64,000 bases of DNA from Rhizaria sp. SCN 62-66 (GCA_001724265.1 MEDY01000004.1:124001-188000), one strand, 5' to 3'; positions 1-12,085 are shown, counted from the first letter of the stretch. Notes: generated by a model from the letters alone, not told the origin. Program-made: numbers and translations.

Positions 1-745
1 GCGCCTCTGGTTTTTCCCATGTTTGTGGCATGTACGGCCACGCGTATGCGCATGTTGCTTAGCACGATTTTGCGTTTGGAGGCTTACAGTGATCATTGTG
101 TTTCGTTTGGCCATCTTATACTCTCGTGACTTCTGGACCGAAACGCAGGTTCAGTTCAAATAGCAATCCAACATGGATATAAGAAGGTCTTGCAATGACT
201 TAAGCATATGTATCAGTACATATCCTATATCTGGGATACTTGTGCGCAGACACAATAACTAAATTAAGCTTATTTATGCGCGTATATCCCCGGTTTTACG
301 TTCATTTTTTCTCTGACGAAGGAGGGCCCGATCGCGTGCGTACGGTTTAGACGGGAGCCTGGACAATTTCGATCATCTATTTAAAAAACAATACACTGCT
401 GTCTTATTTATTTTAAGTTGAGTTAGTTGAATCGAGTTCGTTCTTGGTCAGATATCGCGTCTTTTGTGCCACTTCTAGAGTCCATTTTTCGACCCCGGCT
501 TGACTTTTTCCTTCGGGCTCCTAGCCAGGCCGACCGAGTGCTCGCTCCGTGTCGACCCCGCAAGTTTCGCGGCACTCCTCGGTTCGCTATATTTTACTCG
601 CCTTAAGTGGGAATTTCTTTACTTTAGAGCAGTCGGCGTGTTTTTCTACATAGATCACTTTTCATTTTCCCGACATCGCTCACTTTGCCCTCAACTTTAT
701 CCACTTTGCGCGCCCGGCCTTCTCTCCCGAATAGTTTCCTGGCAG

Positions 746-2947
746 ATGTCCAAGAACAAGACCCGCGTCGCGATTAACGCTGTCGCCGGTAAGGCGAACA
801 CCAAGGAGAAGGTTTCCAGTGGCCAGGCCTCCGTCGGTATCGACTTCGGCACCACCAAGATCTCCATCGCGGCCTACAAGCCCGACATTGGCGTCTTCGA
901 CATTATCGTCAACGAGGATGGTGAGCGCGCCACTCCTTGCTACGTTGGTTTCACCAACACCGAGCGTGTCATTGGTACCCCTGCCAAGACTGCCGTCTCC
1001 CGTAACGTCGAGAACACTATCCACTCGTTCCGTGATGCCCTCAACTCCTCCTTCGGCGCCCTCCCCGCCGCGCAGAAGTCCTACGGTGTGTCCGTGCGCC
1101 CCGACGAGAATGACCGCACCGTCTACGAGGTCAAGTTTAAGGCCGAGGCCACGATGGTGACCCCCGACGAGCTCATCCAGGCCCTCTTTGAGCGCGTCAA
1201 GGCGCACGCCGACGGCTACTGGGATGAGGACGTCAAGAACCTCGTCCTCTCCGTGCCCTCCACCTTCTCCGCCGAGGCCCGCGAGGCCATGACCGCGTGC
1301 GCCAACAAGGCCGGCTTCGCCGTCACCGCCGTGCTCGCCGAGCCCCTCGCCGCCGCCATTTCCTTCGGCCTCGATGACGAGACCGCGGCTGATGCTGCCA
1401 TGAAGAAGAACATCCTCGTCGTCGACGTCGGTTCCTACTCGACCACCTTCTCCGTGCTCTCATCCCAGCACGGCCTGCTGTCACTCATCGACACCGACTG
1501 CACCCAGGAGATCGGCGCTACCCACGTCGACGCCCAGCTCTTCACGCACTTCTCCAAGGTCTTCACCACAAAGTTCCAGCTCGACCTCTCCGAGTCCAAG
1601 CGCGCCACCACGCGTCTGCTGCAGGCCTGCGAGGGCGTCAAGAAGTCCCTGTCGTCCATGCCCGCCGCGTCGGTCAAGCTCGACTCGCTGTTCGAGGGCC
1701 AGGACCTCTTCGCTGACGTCACCCGCGCGCGCATGGAGATGATGTGCGACTCGCTCTTCCGTTCCCTCCACAACGCGCTCGTCGCCTTCTTCAAGCGCCC
1801 CCACAACGTCCGCGCCTCGGCCATCACCCACATCGTGCTCGCCGGTGGCGGCGCCGCGCTGCCCCGCACCCAGGCCGTCATCGAGAACTTTTTCGCCGAG
1901 CAGACCGGCGCCTTCACGGCCACCGTGCTCAAGCAGACGCACCCCTCCGAGGCCGCCGTGTTCGGCTGCGCCAAGCAGGCCTCGCTGCTCGCCGGTGTCC
2001 CCGCCGCGCGCATGGCCGACACGTGCGCCGCCGCCCGCGCGCTCAAGGCCAAGATCGACGCCTCGGGTGTCGTGGCCGTGAGCACCGCCGACGCTAACAA
2101 GCCCGTGTTCGCGACGGTTCACAATGAGGCCTACGCGGCCCCCGTCTTCGCGCTCGCCAAGGCCCTCGTCGCCAAGTCCGCCTCGGGCGCCTTCGTGCCC
2201 GTGCTGCCCGCCGGCACCCCCGTGCCTTGCTCCGTCACGCTCCCCTTCGCCGCCGCGGGCGCCGCCGCGCTCGCCCTGTACGAGCAGCAGTCGGCCACCG
2301 AGTTCGCACCCGTCGCCTCAGCCGCGCTCCCCGCGCCCGCGGCCGCCGGCGCGCCGCTGCAGGTCCGCGTCGCCGTTGACGCGCACCACAAGCTCACCGT
2401 GTCCGTCGCCGCCGTGGCCGCGGACCGCAAGCCCCGCGCGAACGAGTTCAAGACCGTCATCACCTCGGCCCTCAACAACGAGCTCCTCTCGGCCGGCGCC
2501 GCCGCTGCGACCACGGGTGCCGTCGAGAAGGCTCCCTTCGCGGCGCAGCAGACCGTCGCCGCGCAGATCACCGCCTTCGCCGAGCAGTGGGGCAAGTGGA
2601 AGGCCGCCAACGGCGCCGCCGCGTTCCTCAAGGCCGCTTCCGCTGAGGCCGACGCCAAGGTTTCCGCCGCCGTCGCCACCGCTTCCGCCGCCGCCGACAA
2701 GCTCCCCGCGCTCGCGGCCCTGAACGCCTCGCTCGCCGAGGTGCAGGAGGCCGTCGCCGCCGTCGTCATCCTCTTCAAGAAGGGCCCCGAGGTCGCTGCC
2801 GCCGAGGCCGCCGCCGCCGCCCGCGCCGCTGCCGCCGCCAAGCGCGCCGCCGCGTCGCCCGACTCTGATGACGACGAGGATGAGGACGAGGACGAGGACG
2901 ACGATGACGAGGAGATGATGGACATCGGCGGTGGCGACCTCGATTAA
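746..2947 (+). CDS. HSPA14: Atypical Hsp70, HSPA14/Ssz1-like (ribosome-associated complex subunit), ~733 aa
   Basis: Hsp70 NBD motifs GIDFGTT, IIVNEDGERATPCYVGF, LAEPLAAAISFGL, LDSLFEGQDLFADVTRARMEMMC. Degenerate DVGSYST and IGATHVD motifs, a reduced substrate-binding region and no EEVD fit the HSPA14/Ssz1 type. ATG at 746 chosen because the upstream part of the ORF is pyrimidine-rich and non-coding-like. Ends TAA. Confidence 0.8.
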   Translation: MSKNKTRVAINAVAGKANTKEKVSSGQASVGIDFGTTKISIAAYKPDIGVFDIIVNEDGERATPCYVGFTNTERVIGTPAKTAVSRNVENTIHSFRDALNSSFGALPAAQKSYGVSVRPDENDRTVYEVKFKAEATMVTPDELIQALFERVKAHADGYWDEDVKNLVLSVPSTFSAEAREAMTACANKAGFAVTAVLAEPLAAAISFGLDDETAADAAMKKNILVVDVGSYSTTFSVLSSQHGLLSLIDTDCTQEIGATHVDAQLFTHFSKVFTTKFQLDLSESKRATTRLLQACEGVKKSLSSMPAASVKLDSLFEGQDLFADVTRARMEMMCDSLFRSLHNALVAFFKRPHNVRASAITHIVLAGGGAALPRTQAVIENFFAEQTGAFTATVLKQTHPSEAAVFGCAKQASLLAGVPAARMADTCAAARALKAKIDASGVVAVSTADANKPVFATVHNEAYAAPVFALAKALVAKSASGAFVPVLPAGTPVPCSVTLPFAAAGAAALALYEQQSATEFAPVASAALPAPAAAGAPLQVRVAVDAHHKLTVSVAAVAADRKPRANEFKTVITSALNNELLSAGAAAATTGAVEKAPFAAQQTVAAQITAFAEQWGKWKAANGAAAFLKAASAEADAKVSAAVATASAAADKLPALAALNASLAEVQEAVAAVVILFKKGPEVAAAEAAAAARAAAAAKRAAASPDSDDDEDEDEDEDDDDEEMMDIGGGDLD

Positions 2948-3401
2948 GCGCTCAGTGCCGACGACTCTGCATGCGTTGCCCCCTTGCAACGACTTTTTCT
3001 CTCATGTTACGTTAGATTACACACCACTTTACAAACAAAAGCTTTTGTGACAAGCCGTGCTTTAGTTTTTATAGTCCTTTTTTTCGTTTTGATTTCTTTC
3101 TTTTCTGCGCTACATTCGCCTGCGCTGTGCGACACAGCGGTGCGATGTGGTTAATGGTGAGCAATGGGCCTGCCTAGTGCTGTGTGCGCGGACAGAAGCC
3201 GTTTGCTTCGCCACGCCACGCCAGTTAAACTTCAGTTCAACTAAGCTGCCAATACATATACTTTTTAACTCCACTACGTACTCGTTCTGTCTATCTATTC
3301 TGTATATTCTGTGTCACTTCTATTAACAACATTTAACATCCATTCACATCTTAAAATCATAATCAATATTGCACTACGCCGTGTAGTTCACTCGCATCGA
3401 C

Positions 3402-3663
3402 TCACCGCGCGGCCCTCTTGGTGAAAACCATCGGTGCGGGCTGCAGCAGCCCGTCGAGCGGCTCTACGGCCGAGTCGAACAGCCCGCCGCGCGCGCCCTG
3501 CCCCGCGAGCGCGCGCAGCACCGCGCCCTCGACGCCCGCGCTCGCCTGCGCGCGCGCCGTGTCATGCGCGTGTGCGTGCGCGTGCGTTGGCGCCGGCCAG
3601 TCGCCGTAGCTGTCGCCACCGGGAGGCAGCGCGCCGCGGCTGGGGTCGCCCCACGCTTGGCGC

Positions 3664-3717
<54 letters not shown>

Positions 3718-6700
3718 AGCGGGAACTCGTAGCCGTACGCGTCGGTGTCGCTCCCACGGCGGTAGTCGCTTGTGTTGCGGTTGCTGTTGCGGCGATCGGT
3801 GTCGTCGTTGTGACGGTAGCGGCGGCCGCTGTCGTAGCCGTCGCCGCCGTTGCCCGCGTAGTAATCATACTGGCGTGGCTGCTGATCGCGCCCTCGGTAC
3901 TCGTGACCACCGTGGCCGTGACCACTATGGCCGTAACCACTGCGCGGCGAGTAAGGCGAGTTGTAGAAGCGCGACACCGACGACTCGGGCCGCTCGTCCC
4001 ACGAGTCGCGTCTCTGCTGCTGCTGACGCTGCGCCCCGCGTGCGCTGTGCTGCTTCGACGGAGGGCTGTTGGCGGTGAAGCCCGCCGCGAAACCCTGCTG
4101 GTAGCCGACGTGGCGACGCTCGCGGTCGCTGGAGTGACGCTCACGGTGGTGACCGTTGTTGTTATCACCGTCGCTGTCAGTGTCGGTGGGGTGCGGCACG
4201 CGGGACAGCAGCGCAAGCAGCACCTCCTTCGACGGCGGCGCGCCCGTTGCCGTGTCGAGCACCTGGCCGCGCGCGTTGATGAACACGCCGGGCCCCATTC
4301 CGAGTTCTGACAGCCCGGACGCAGAGTCGCCGTTGGCCTGCTGCTGCGGCTGCGCGTGTGCGGGGGCGCGGGAGGAGAAGACCGGCGTCTGCGCTTCGCG
4401 CGGCGAGCGCACCGTCCGCGGTGACTGCGCAGAGCGCGGCTGTGCAGCGCGCGGGGAGTGCACTGCGCGCGGCGAGTGAACGACAGGGGGCCCGGAGCGG
4501 GGCTGCGCGTGCGTGCGTGCGCGCGCGTCGTCGTTCGTGTAGTTGTGCGCATACACGCGTTGCTCCTGTTCCCGCCCCTGCGACTGCGGCGGCGAGCGCA
4601 GCGGCTGCAGCCCCTCGCGGCCGGCCTGCTGCTGCTGCTGCCACCACCGTGCGCGCCGCTGCTTGGGCGCGTCGGGCGCGTCAGGGTCGTACGCGTCCCT
4701 CCGCTCGTGCACATGCGCGCCGCTGAGACAGGCGTGCCCGTGGTCGGGCGCGTGCGCGTGCTGCGCGTGCTCCGCGGGGCCCGGCGCCGCGCACGTGCTG
4801 CCGCGGCACAGGATCACGTCGCCCTCGCGCCGCCAGACCGCGGTGTCGATGTCGCCGCCCGCATCGCCCTCGCACGCGTGGTCGCCGCCGTACGTGAGCG
4901 GACACTCCTCGGCGGCGAGGATGCGCGCGCGCGTGCGGCCGGTCCCGTGCGCCGCCGCGTGCGCGCACAGCGCGGGCGTCACGGACCGCGGCGGATGCTG
5001 CGACTGGAAGTGCTCGTCCCACGGCGGCCGCGCGCTGCGCGACGGCGTGCGCGAGATCCCGCGCCCCGAAGGCGTGCGCGACAGGCCGCGCGACGGCGTC
5101 CGCGCCGGGGTGCGGCCAGTGCGCGACGGCGTGCGCGGAACCTGGCTAGGCGCGCCGCCGCAGTCCTGGCGCGCGCCGGGCACCGCCGAGGCTGCGAGAG
5201 TGTCGTTGACGGCGCGCTGCAGTGTGCGCGGCAGCTCCGGCGCGTAGGGGTAGCGCTGCGGCGCGTCCCACAACGACGGGTGCGTGACCCCGCTGCCACA
5301 CGCGTCGTACTCGTCGTCGACTGGACCGCCGCAGCTGGCGCCGTCGCCGTCGGCGCCGTAGCCGTCGTGGGCGTATCCGCAGCGCTGTCCGGGCGCGGCA
5401 GGCAGCGGGCGCAGGTGCTCAGTGTCCACCACGCGGTCATCGGGGCGCGCGGCGTCGAGCGCGGACAGCGACGACGGCGCCGCGTAGCCGCCCTGGCCGC
5501 CGCGCGCCTCGATGCGCCGCCGCAGCAGCGCGAGCTGCGCCTTGGCCGCGCGCGTCACGCCCGCGGTCGCGGCGCGCGCACGCGCGGGCGACGGCGCGGG
5601 CTCGCCGGGCGGGAGGCGAGCCACGCCGCGCACGGGGCTGCGCAGCACGTCCACGGGCAGCGGGAACACTGGCCGCGGGCCGCGCGGCGCCGCGGCAGGC
5701 GGGCTCGACAGCGCGCCGACAAAGCGCGAGCTACCACCTGCGCTGGAGGGCGTCTGCGGCGGGCGGCCGCTCGCGCCGCCGTTTCCTGCGTCTGGATTAT
5801 TATTGCTGTTTGCATTGGCCTCCGTGGACTCAGCGGGACGGCGCGATGAAGTCGGGATTTCGGGCGCGGAACCGGGCGGCAGAAACGCGCCCGCCCCGCC
5901 ATACTGGCTCTGGTTCTGGGCGTACGCAGACGCAGGCGCGGGCGCGGGTGCGAGTATAGGCGCGCCGTGCTGCAGCGGCGCGGGCGGGGCCGAGTGCGCG
6001 AGTCCGGCGGCGACGGCGCCGTGGGGAAAGCGCAGCAGCGGGTGCGCGCGGGCCAGTGCGGCGGCCGCGGCGGCGTCGGGCGCCGGCGGCAGCGACGCCG
6101 CGGAGACTGCGGCCGCGGCGGGTGCACCGTAGCCGCCGCCGGGCGCGGAGGACGCGAACACTCCCTGGCCGAGGCCATGGGCCGCGCTGCCAAAGTGGCC
6201 ATGAGGGCCCAGAGACTGGCCGAGCGAGGGGAGCGCGGCGCGCTGCTCTGCGCCGGCCAAAACGCGCAGGTACTCGTCGGCGACGCCGCCGCCGCTGGCG
6301 CTGCTGCCGGGGCCGAATGCCGCTGTGGCTGCGGCGGTGCGCGAGGGGAACGGGGCCGCCAGCGCCGACAACGCGGAGTCTGTGGGTGCGGGGAAGACCT
6401 GCGGGAACGAAGGAAACGCGGGCATCGAGGACGCGAGCGTGGTCGTGAACAGCGACGACGACGCCGAGGACGCATGCGGGGCGACGCCGGGCGCAGTCGC
6501 AGCGGCGGACGCGGCGAGCGCGCGGCGCGCAGCGATGTCGGCGGCCGCGGAGGAGTGGTGCGCAACGGCAAGGCGCACAACGAGCTCGCCAGTGGCTGCG
6601 ACGGCGCCGGCGGGGGAGTAGAACGTGAACACGCCCTTGCGGTAGCCGGCCAGGGAGTCCGCGCGGGGCAGCGCGGGGGACTTCGCGAATGCGGTGAGAT

Positions 6701-7243
6701 CCACCGCGGCAGTGCCCAGCACGCGTGCCGGCTGCGTCGCAGAGAGCGAGGTTCCGGGGGCCGCAAACGCGGGGTCGGCCAGGTCGACGAGCATGGCGTA
6801 GAGCGGGAGCTGCGTGAGGACGGCGGCGAGCGAGCTCTCGCCCAGCCGCATAAGGCAGGACTTGCCGCGCTGGAACTCGATCACGCTGCGGGGCAGCACG
6901 TCCGCGTTGGGCAGCAGGTCCGCGGCCGCGGCAGAGGCCAACACGCGTGGAGCAGGGTCTAGTGGCTGGACCACAATCGCGGGGAAGTCGAGCAGATGGA
7001 ACGACACGGCGGGGCGTGTTAGACCGGAGGCATCTGTGACGCAATGTGGAGTGGGGGGTCAGATGTGGTGTGAGTTGAGTGAGGTTTTTGATATGAACAG
7101 CTGTAAACGATGTGTTAGGCACTATAAATCATCTTTCAGACATTAATAAAACATTAAATTGACGTACTCTATGTTGGGAAGGCGACCCAGTGGACGAAGA
7201 GCTCCAGAGTGAAGGGAACCGCTGTCTCAGGCGCATGGGACAT
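3402..7243 (-). CDS. MAP10: MAP10-like microtubule-associated protein (N-terminal C2-type domain plus long disordered tail); exons 7243-7168 and 7033-3402; ~1235 aa with in-frame TAG at codon 25
   Basis: Spliced N-terminus MSHAPETAVPFTLELFVHWVAFPT*NASGLTRPAVSFHLLDFPAIVV...IEFQRGKSCLMRL resembles the MAP10/KIAA1383 N-terminus as I recall it (FSLELLVDWV...PAVAFRLLDFPTLLV...FGRGKSCLFRL). Phase-1 intron GTACGT...CACAG. Ends TGA. Confidence 0.75.
3666..3716 (-). repeat. (CAG)17 microsatellite encoding polyglutamine
   Basis: Uninterrupted (ctg)17 on the plus strand, Q17 in the MAP10-like frame. Confidence 0.95.
7034..7167 (-). other. Spliceosomal intron (134 nt) of MAP10-like gene
   Basis: Donor GTACGT, acceptor GTCACAG, AT-rich; splicing joins two MAP10-like motifs in frame. 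Confidence 0.85.
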
Positions 7244-7440
7244 GATGTGCGCCAAGGTGGGGACCTATGCAAGTTTAATCAAATATTCAAATAAAACGCG
7301 TCAGAGAACAGTTATTTATCTTGATATGCGATCGAGTAACGGACACTATACGGTGTTGTAGAATGTAACTTGATGCCGAACTTTATGACCGTTAGAGTCC
7401 GCTCGGTTGGCCAGCCTCGACACTTTGAACGACCTTCAAA

Positions 7441-7581
7441 GTAAGTTCGTTTCACATGCCGTGTGAGCTGAATCGACCGTCAATCGGAATGTGCGTACGA
7501 GTTATGACTATATATCATCGAATTTAACACATTTTATTTTCTCAATTCAACCTGTTTCTCAATGTTCCTCTTCATAAACAG
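7441..7581 (+). other. Possible 5'-UTR intron of the gene starting at 7635
   Basis: GTAAGT at 7441, AT-rich body, pyrimidine tract and AAACAG ending at 7581. Confidence 0.4.
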
Positions 7582-7634
7582 ACGTTACTACAGACCTCCG
7601 CGACCAAGCAAGCGCAACGCTCAACCTGAGCAAA

Positions 7635-10600
7635 ATGTCAGCAGACGTACGTATATTATGACTGTTAGACTACTATGATCGATTTTGAACGCATGCCATA
7701 AACTAAAAACTCATTTTTATGTCTATATTGTGTTACAGGATTGGGATATCGACGCGTATATCGAGGAGCGCATCGGTGGGGATAAGATCACAGCAGCGTC
7801 ATCCTCCCCGAGAAAGGCTCCCGCAGGTGAGTTCGCTTACGCCAGCTCAATCATTCCACCACCCTCTATGCAACAAACTACGGGCCCCGCGTTGGGTGGC
7901 ATCTATGCTATGGACGCGCGCTACAGTATGCCTACCGCGGGCCCCGCACTAGGATTGGGCATGGGCCTCGGCTTAGACCCCTCTGGCAACCTTCCGCCTA
8001 TTGCGGGCGCCACCTCGAGCGCAAGCACCAAGAGCGCGTCCGGTGCGGCAACGTCCCGCTCGCCCAGCAAGACGCGCGCCACGGGTAAGGCCATCCGCGG
8101 CGGCTCCGGCAAGTTTGCATACGTGTCGCCGCGCGAGTCGGCCCAGCGGCAGGCGCGCGCGGGCCGCCCCAGCAACAACAGCAACGCGCGCGGCGGCGGC
8201 CGCGGGCACCCGGGCTCGCCGCCGCCCTAGGACCGCGCGCTGGCGCAGGAGCTGATCCGGCGCTACGACCGCGAGCAGGCCGAGGCGCGCCGCGCGCAGC
8301 AGCAGCGCAACGACGAAATGGCCGCCGCGGCGCGCGCGCGCAACGCCGCCGCCGCGCAGGCCGAGGCGCTGGCCCGCGCGCAAGCCCGCGAGGCGGAGCG
8401 CCAGGACAAGATTGCGCGCCACGCCCGCGCCGCCGGTGGCAGCAGTCACGCCGGCGCCGTCGCCACCGGCGCGGTGGGCGCGCCGCTGGCCCGCGATACG
8501 CTGACGCCGCTGGCGGGCGCTGAGCGGGCGAGCCAGGAGAAGGTTAGCGCCCTGACCGCGGCGCCGGCGACGGACCTGGCCGCGATTGCGCCGGCGGACG
8601 ACGCATTCTCGCGCGCGCTGGTCAACAAGGTCGAGCAGCTCGAGGCGCTGGTGATCGTGCAGCAGCAGCAGCTGAAGCTGCACGCGCAGGTCGTGTCGGA
8701 GCTTAAGGGCCGTCTCGACAACGCGCGCCGCCGCACGCCCTACGGGGCCACCAGCGTGTATGGCGGCAGCTCTAGCTCCTCAGCTTCTGCGCCCCCGCGC
8801 GGCGCGCGATACCCCGTCCAGCGCGCGCCCCGCAACGCCCACGGCGCAAACGGCGCCGCGCCGCGCGGACAGGGGCAGGGGCTGGGCGATGCGGGCCGCG
8901 CGGCGCCGGACGAGGCGCGCGAGCGGCGGCTTCAGGCGCTAGTGGACCGGCTGTACCAGCGCAACGCGGGCCACAAGACCGTGTCGAGCGTCGGCACGGG
9001 CGCGCCGGAGCCCGCGGGCCAGACGCGCGGACCGCTGCGGGGGGCCGCGACGCAGGCGGGCCACCGGCGCATCGGCGCCGGCGCGACGCAGGCGCAAGGC
9101 CAGCACAACCCCGGCCGCACGACGCGTGCAGCGTCGACTGTGCGCCGTCCCGCGCCGCCGCCCGCGCGCCCCACCGAGAGCGCGACGACAACAACGACGA
9201 CCAAGCCGGAGGACAAGAGGGCTGAGGACGGCGGCAAAAAGGCTGTTGTGATTGTTGAGCCGTCTGCGGGGCCTAAGTCGGCGCGCGCGCTGTCCAAGCC
9301 GCGCTCGCCATCGCCGTCGCCGCCGCCGCGTACCTCGGCGCGCGAGCCAGTCAAGCCCGCCGCTGCTGCGCCTGCACCCGCCTCTGCCCGGACTTCTAAG
9401 AGCCCAGCACCGACGACTGCAAGGAAAGACAACGACAAGAAGCCCGAGAGTGAGAGCAAAATCAGCGGTGCTGAGACCGGCGCAAAGCCTGATGCCCGTC
9501 ACTCTGCGCCTCCCAAGCAGCGCGAGCCCAGCTCTAGTCCCCGCAAGCCTGCACCCGCTGCGACCGCGACGCCTGCGACCGCGCCTGCTGCAAGCAAGAG
9601 TGAGTCCCCTGTCCCGTCGCCCCGCGCCACTGCGCCGTCGTCGCCGGCCAAGTGCCCCGCTAAGTCTCCCGCCAAGCCTGCCGCGACGAACGCAGCCGCT
9701 GTTAGCACCGCTAAGAGCCCTGTGAAGCCCGCTAAAACAGAAACGAAGAGCACTGAGAGCAAGACGACTGAGAGCAAGAGCACTGCCGACGCTGGTTCAT
9801 TGTTGCTGGCGCAGTCTGCTCTGACTAAGGCTGCTGCTGCCGAGGACTTGAGAGCGCGGTCACAGGCTTCCGCCGTTGCCGCAGCGTCCGGCGGCGGCAG
9901 CGGCAGTGACGATGATTATGGGGATGACTTCGAGAACGACTTTGATGCGGCCGCTGCGGTGCTTGCAGATGAGCCTGTTGACAGTTCGGATGTTAAGAAG
10001 TCCGTACAGAGCGATTTTAAGCCCGCTGCTGCTACTGAAGTCGCCGATGATGTTGACGACATGTTCGAGGCAGTCGACGCGCTCAACGGCCCCTCCGCTC
10101 CTGTGGCGCCGCAGCCTCCGAAGCCGCTGGAGGAGGAGGCGGTGACGTCGACGCGCACGCTGCGCGACGGCGACAGCGCTGGCACAGGCAAGAAGAGCCC
10201 CGAGCCTGAGTCTTTGTCGGCCGCGTCGGTCGCCACCGTCACTGTGCTCGCCTCGGCGCGCGCGCTGCCGCGCCTGGCGGCCGGGTCCACCGCGAGCACC
10301 GGCGACGGCATTGCTGACGAGGTCCCCGACCCCGTGATCTTGCTCGTCGCCGTGCCGCGCGCTCAGGCCGCCACGCTGCGTCCCAACGCGCCCGCGCTGC
10401 GCGTGCCCGGCGCCGTGCTGCTCGCCGCGACGGAGCCGCAGCGGTCGACCGTGAACCCCGACTTCGCGTCACCGCTGCTCGTCGACATCCCCGTTGCCGC
10501 TGTTGTTGCTGGGGCCGCGGCTGCCGTCGGCGACGTTGTCGTCCGCGTTGAGGTGCATCACGCGCCCGGCCGCGCGGGCCCGCTTTCGCCTGCCGCAGCC

Positions 10601-12085
10601 ACTGCGCTGGGCGCCGACTCGCTGCTCTGTTCCGGCGTGTGCCAGCCCGCGCAGGTGGGTGCCCTGGCTGTGCGTGGACACGCTGCGCCCGTCGCAGTTG
10701 CGCTCGCGCCGGGTCCGCGCGCCGACTCCCGTGGCAGCGCGGTGACGGAGCCTGCGCAGGTGCTGCTGTGGGCTCCCAGCAGCCGCCAGCTCTTCACGCC
10801 GCCCCCCGCTGAGGCCCCCAAGCCTGCTGCCGCTGCTGTTTCCCCCGTTATTGCTGCGAACACATCTTTTGTGGCGGCGTCGCCTGCGTCGGGCACGTCT
10901 GCTTTTGCGGGCTCGCACGCTGTCATCCCCACCGCGTCATCCACGGCAGCGTTTGACGACGACTTCGAGTTTGATGACGCACACGTGAACACTGTTCCTA
11001 ACGACAACACGGCGCTCGTGTCGCCCAAACCCATGGCAGCGCCCGTGCCGGCGTCGCCTCCCGCGCCCGCAGCCGTGTTTGGCGCCGCGCCTTCGCTTGC
11101 ACCCGCGACGCCCGCGCGCCCACCTGCAGCTGTGCCGGTCGCTACTGCGACTCCGGCTCAGTCGGCTGCGCCCACGGCGAGCCTTGCGCTGCCGGCGTCT
11201 CCCGCCACCCAGCCCTCTGCCGCGCCTGTGGCTGCGTCAGCAGCGATGAGTGACCCCTTCGACCTTGATGATGAGCTTTCAATGTTTGCTGCGCAGCCCG
11301 CTGGTAGCGCTGCGAACAATGCTCCTGCTGTTTCCCAGCCTGCAGTTGTGGCGCCTGCGACTCCTTCGAAGGCGCCGGAGTCGCCTGCGAAGTCACCGGT
11401 CAAGCCCGCCGCTGCACCTGCGCCTGCATTTACGCCTGCGCCTGTGGCTGCCCCTGTCGCTGCCGTGCCTGCGCCCGTCCCCGCGACTACTACTACCCCC
11501 GCTAAGAAGCCCGCACCCAAGGCCTCGTTCCTTGACCACGATGATGACATGCTCAACTACACACCCATGCCCGCTGCTGCTACAGTCCCCGGTCCTGCTC
11601 CTGTCGCTGCCACTCCGGCCGTTGCAGCAAACCCCGCGCCTGCGCCTGCTCCTGTGCCTGTTCCTGTTGCTTCATCGTCAGTGTCGTCATCATCGTGGCT
11701 TAATGACGAGCCCGTTGTCAAGCCAGCAGTTGCTGTCGCCGCGCCCCTGCCTGCGCCTGCGCCCGTCCCTACGTACGCAGCCGCATCTCCCGTGGCGCCG
11801 TCCGCGACGATGACGACGGCGGGCGGCAAGTCTAAGCCCTCGATGCTCGCCGGACTCATGAAGCCGAAGCCCGCTGACGCCGCCGCGGCTCCCGCACCTG
11901 CTGCGCTCGCGACCTCTGTTGCCGCACAGGCTCAGCCCATGCCTGCTGCTGTGCCTGCGCCCGTATCAGCGCCTATGTTTGCCCCTGCGCCTGTTGCAGC
12001 CTCGGCAGCTGCGCCTGCGCCAGCGCCGGCCGCTGCTCCTGCAAAGAAGGCTGACGACGACTACGACTTCGATTTTGATCTTTAA
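7635..12085 (+). CDS. Uncharacterised ~1452 aa protein: coiled coil, KSP-rich linker, copine-type C2 domain, Pro/Ala tail with acidic-aromatic motifs; exons 7635-7646 and 7739-12085; in-frame TAG at 8228-8230
   Basis: ATG TCA GCA GAC|gtacgt...tacag|GAT TGG GAT ATC. ORFs 7685..8230 and 8318..12085 share a frame and are linked by 29 open codons (DRALAQELIRRYDREQAEARRAQQQRNDE). C2-like segment ASARAL...PDPVILL...TEPQRSTVNPDFASPLLVD...VRVEVHH. Ends TAA. Confidence 0.75.
7647..7738 (+). other. Spliceosomal intron (92 nt)
   Basis: Donor GTACGT, acceptor TTACAG, AT-rich, phase 0. Confidence 0.8.

Noticed and set aside
500-745. Long N-terminal extensions given by the ORF track for Hsp70 (also UTP21 35252-35482 and BPL1 57408-57551)
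   Set aside because: TTG starts in AT- or pyrimidine-rich sequence; coding-style composition begins at the downstream ATG.
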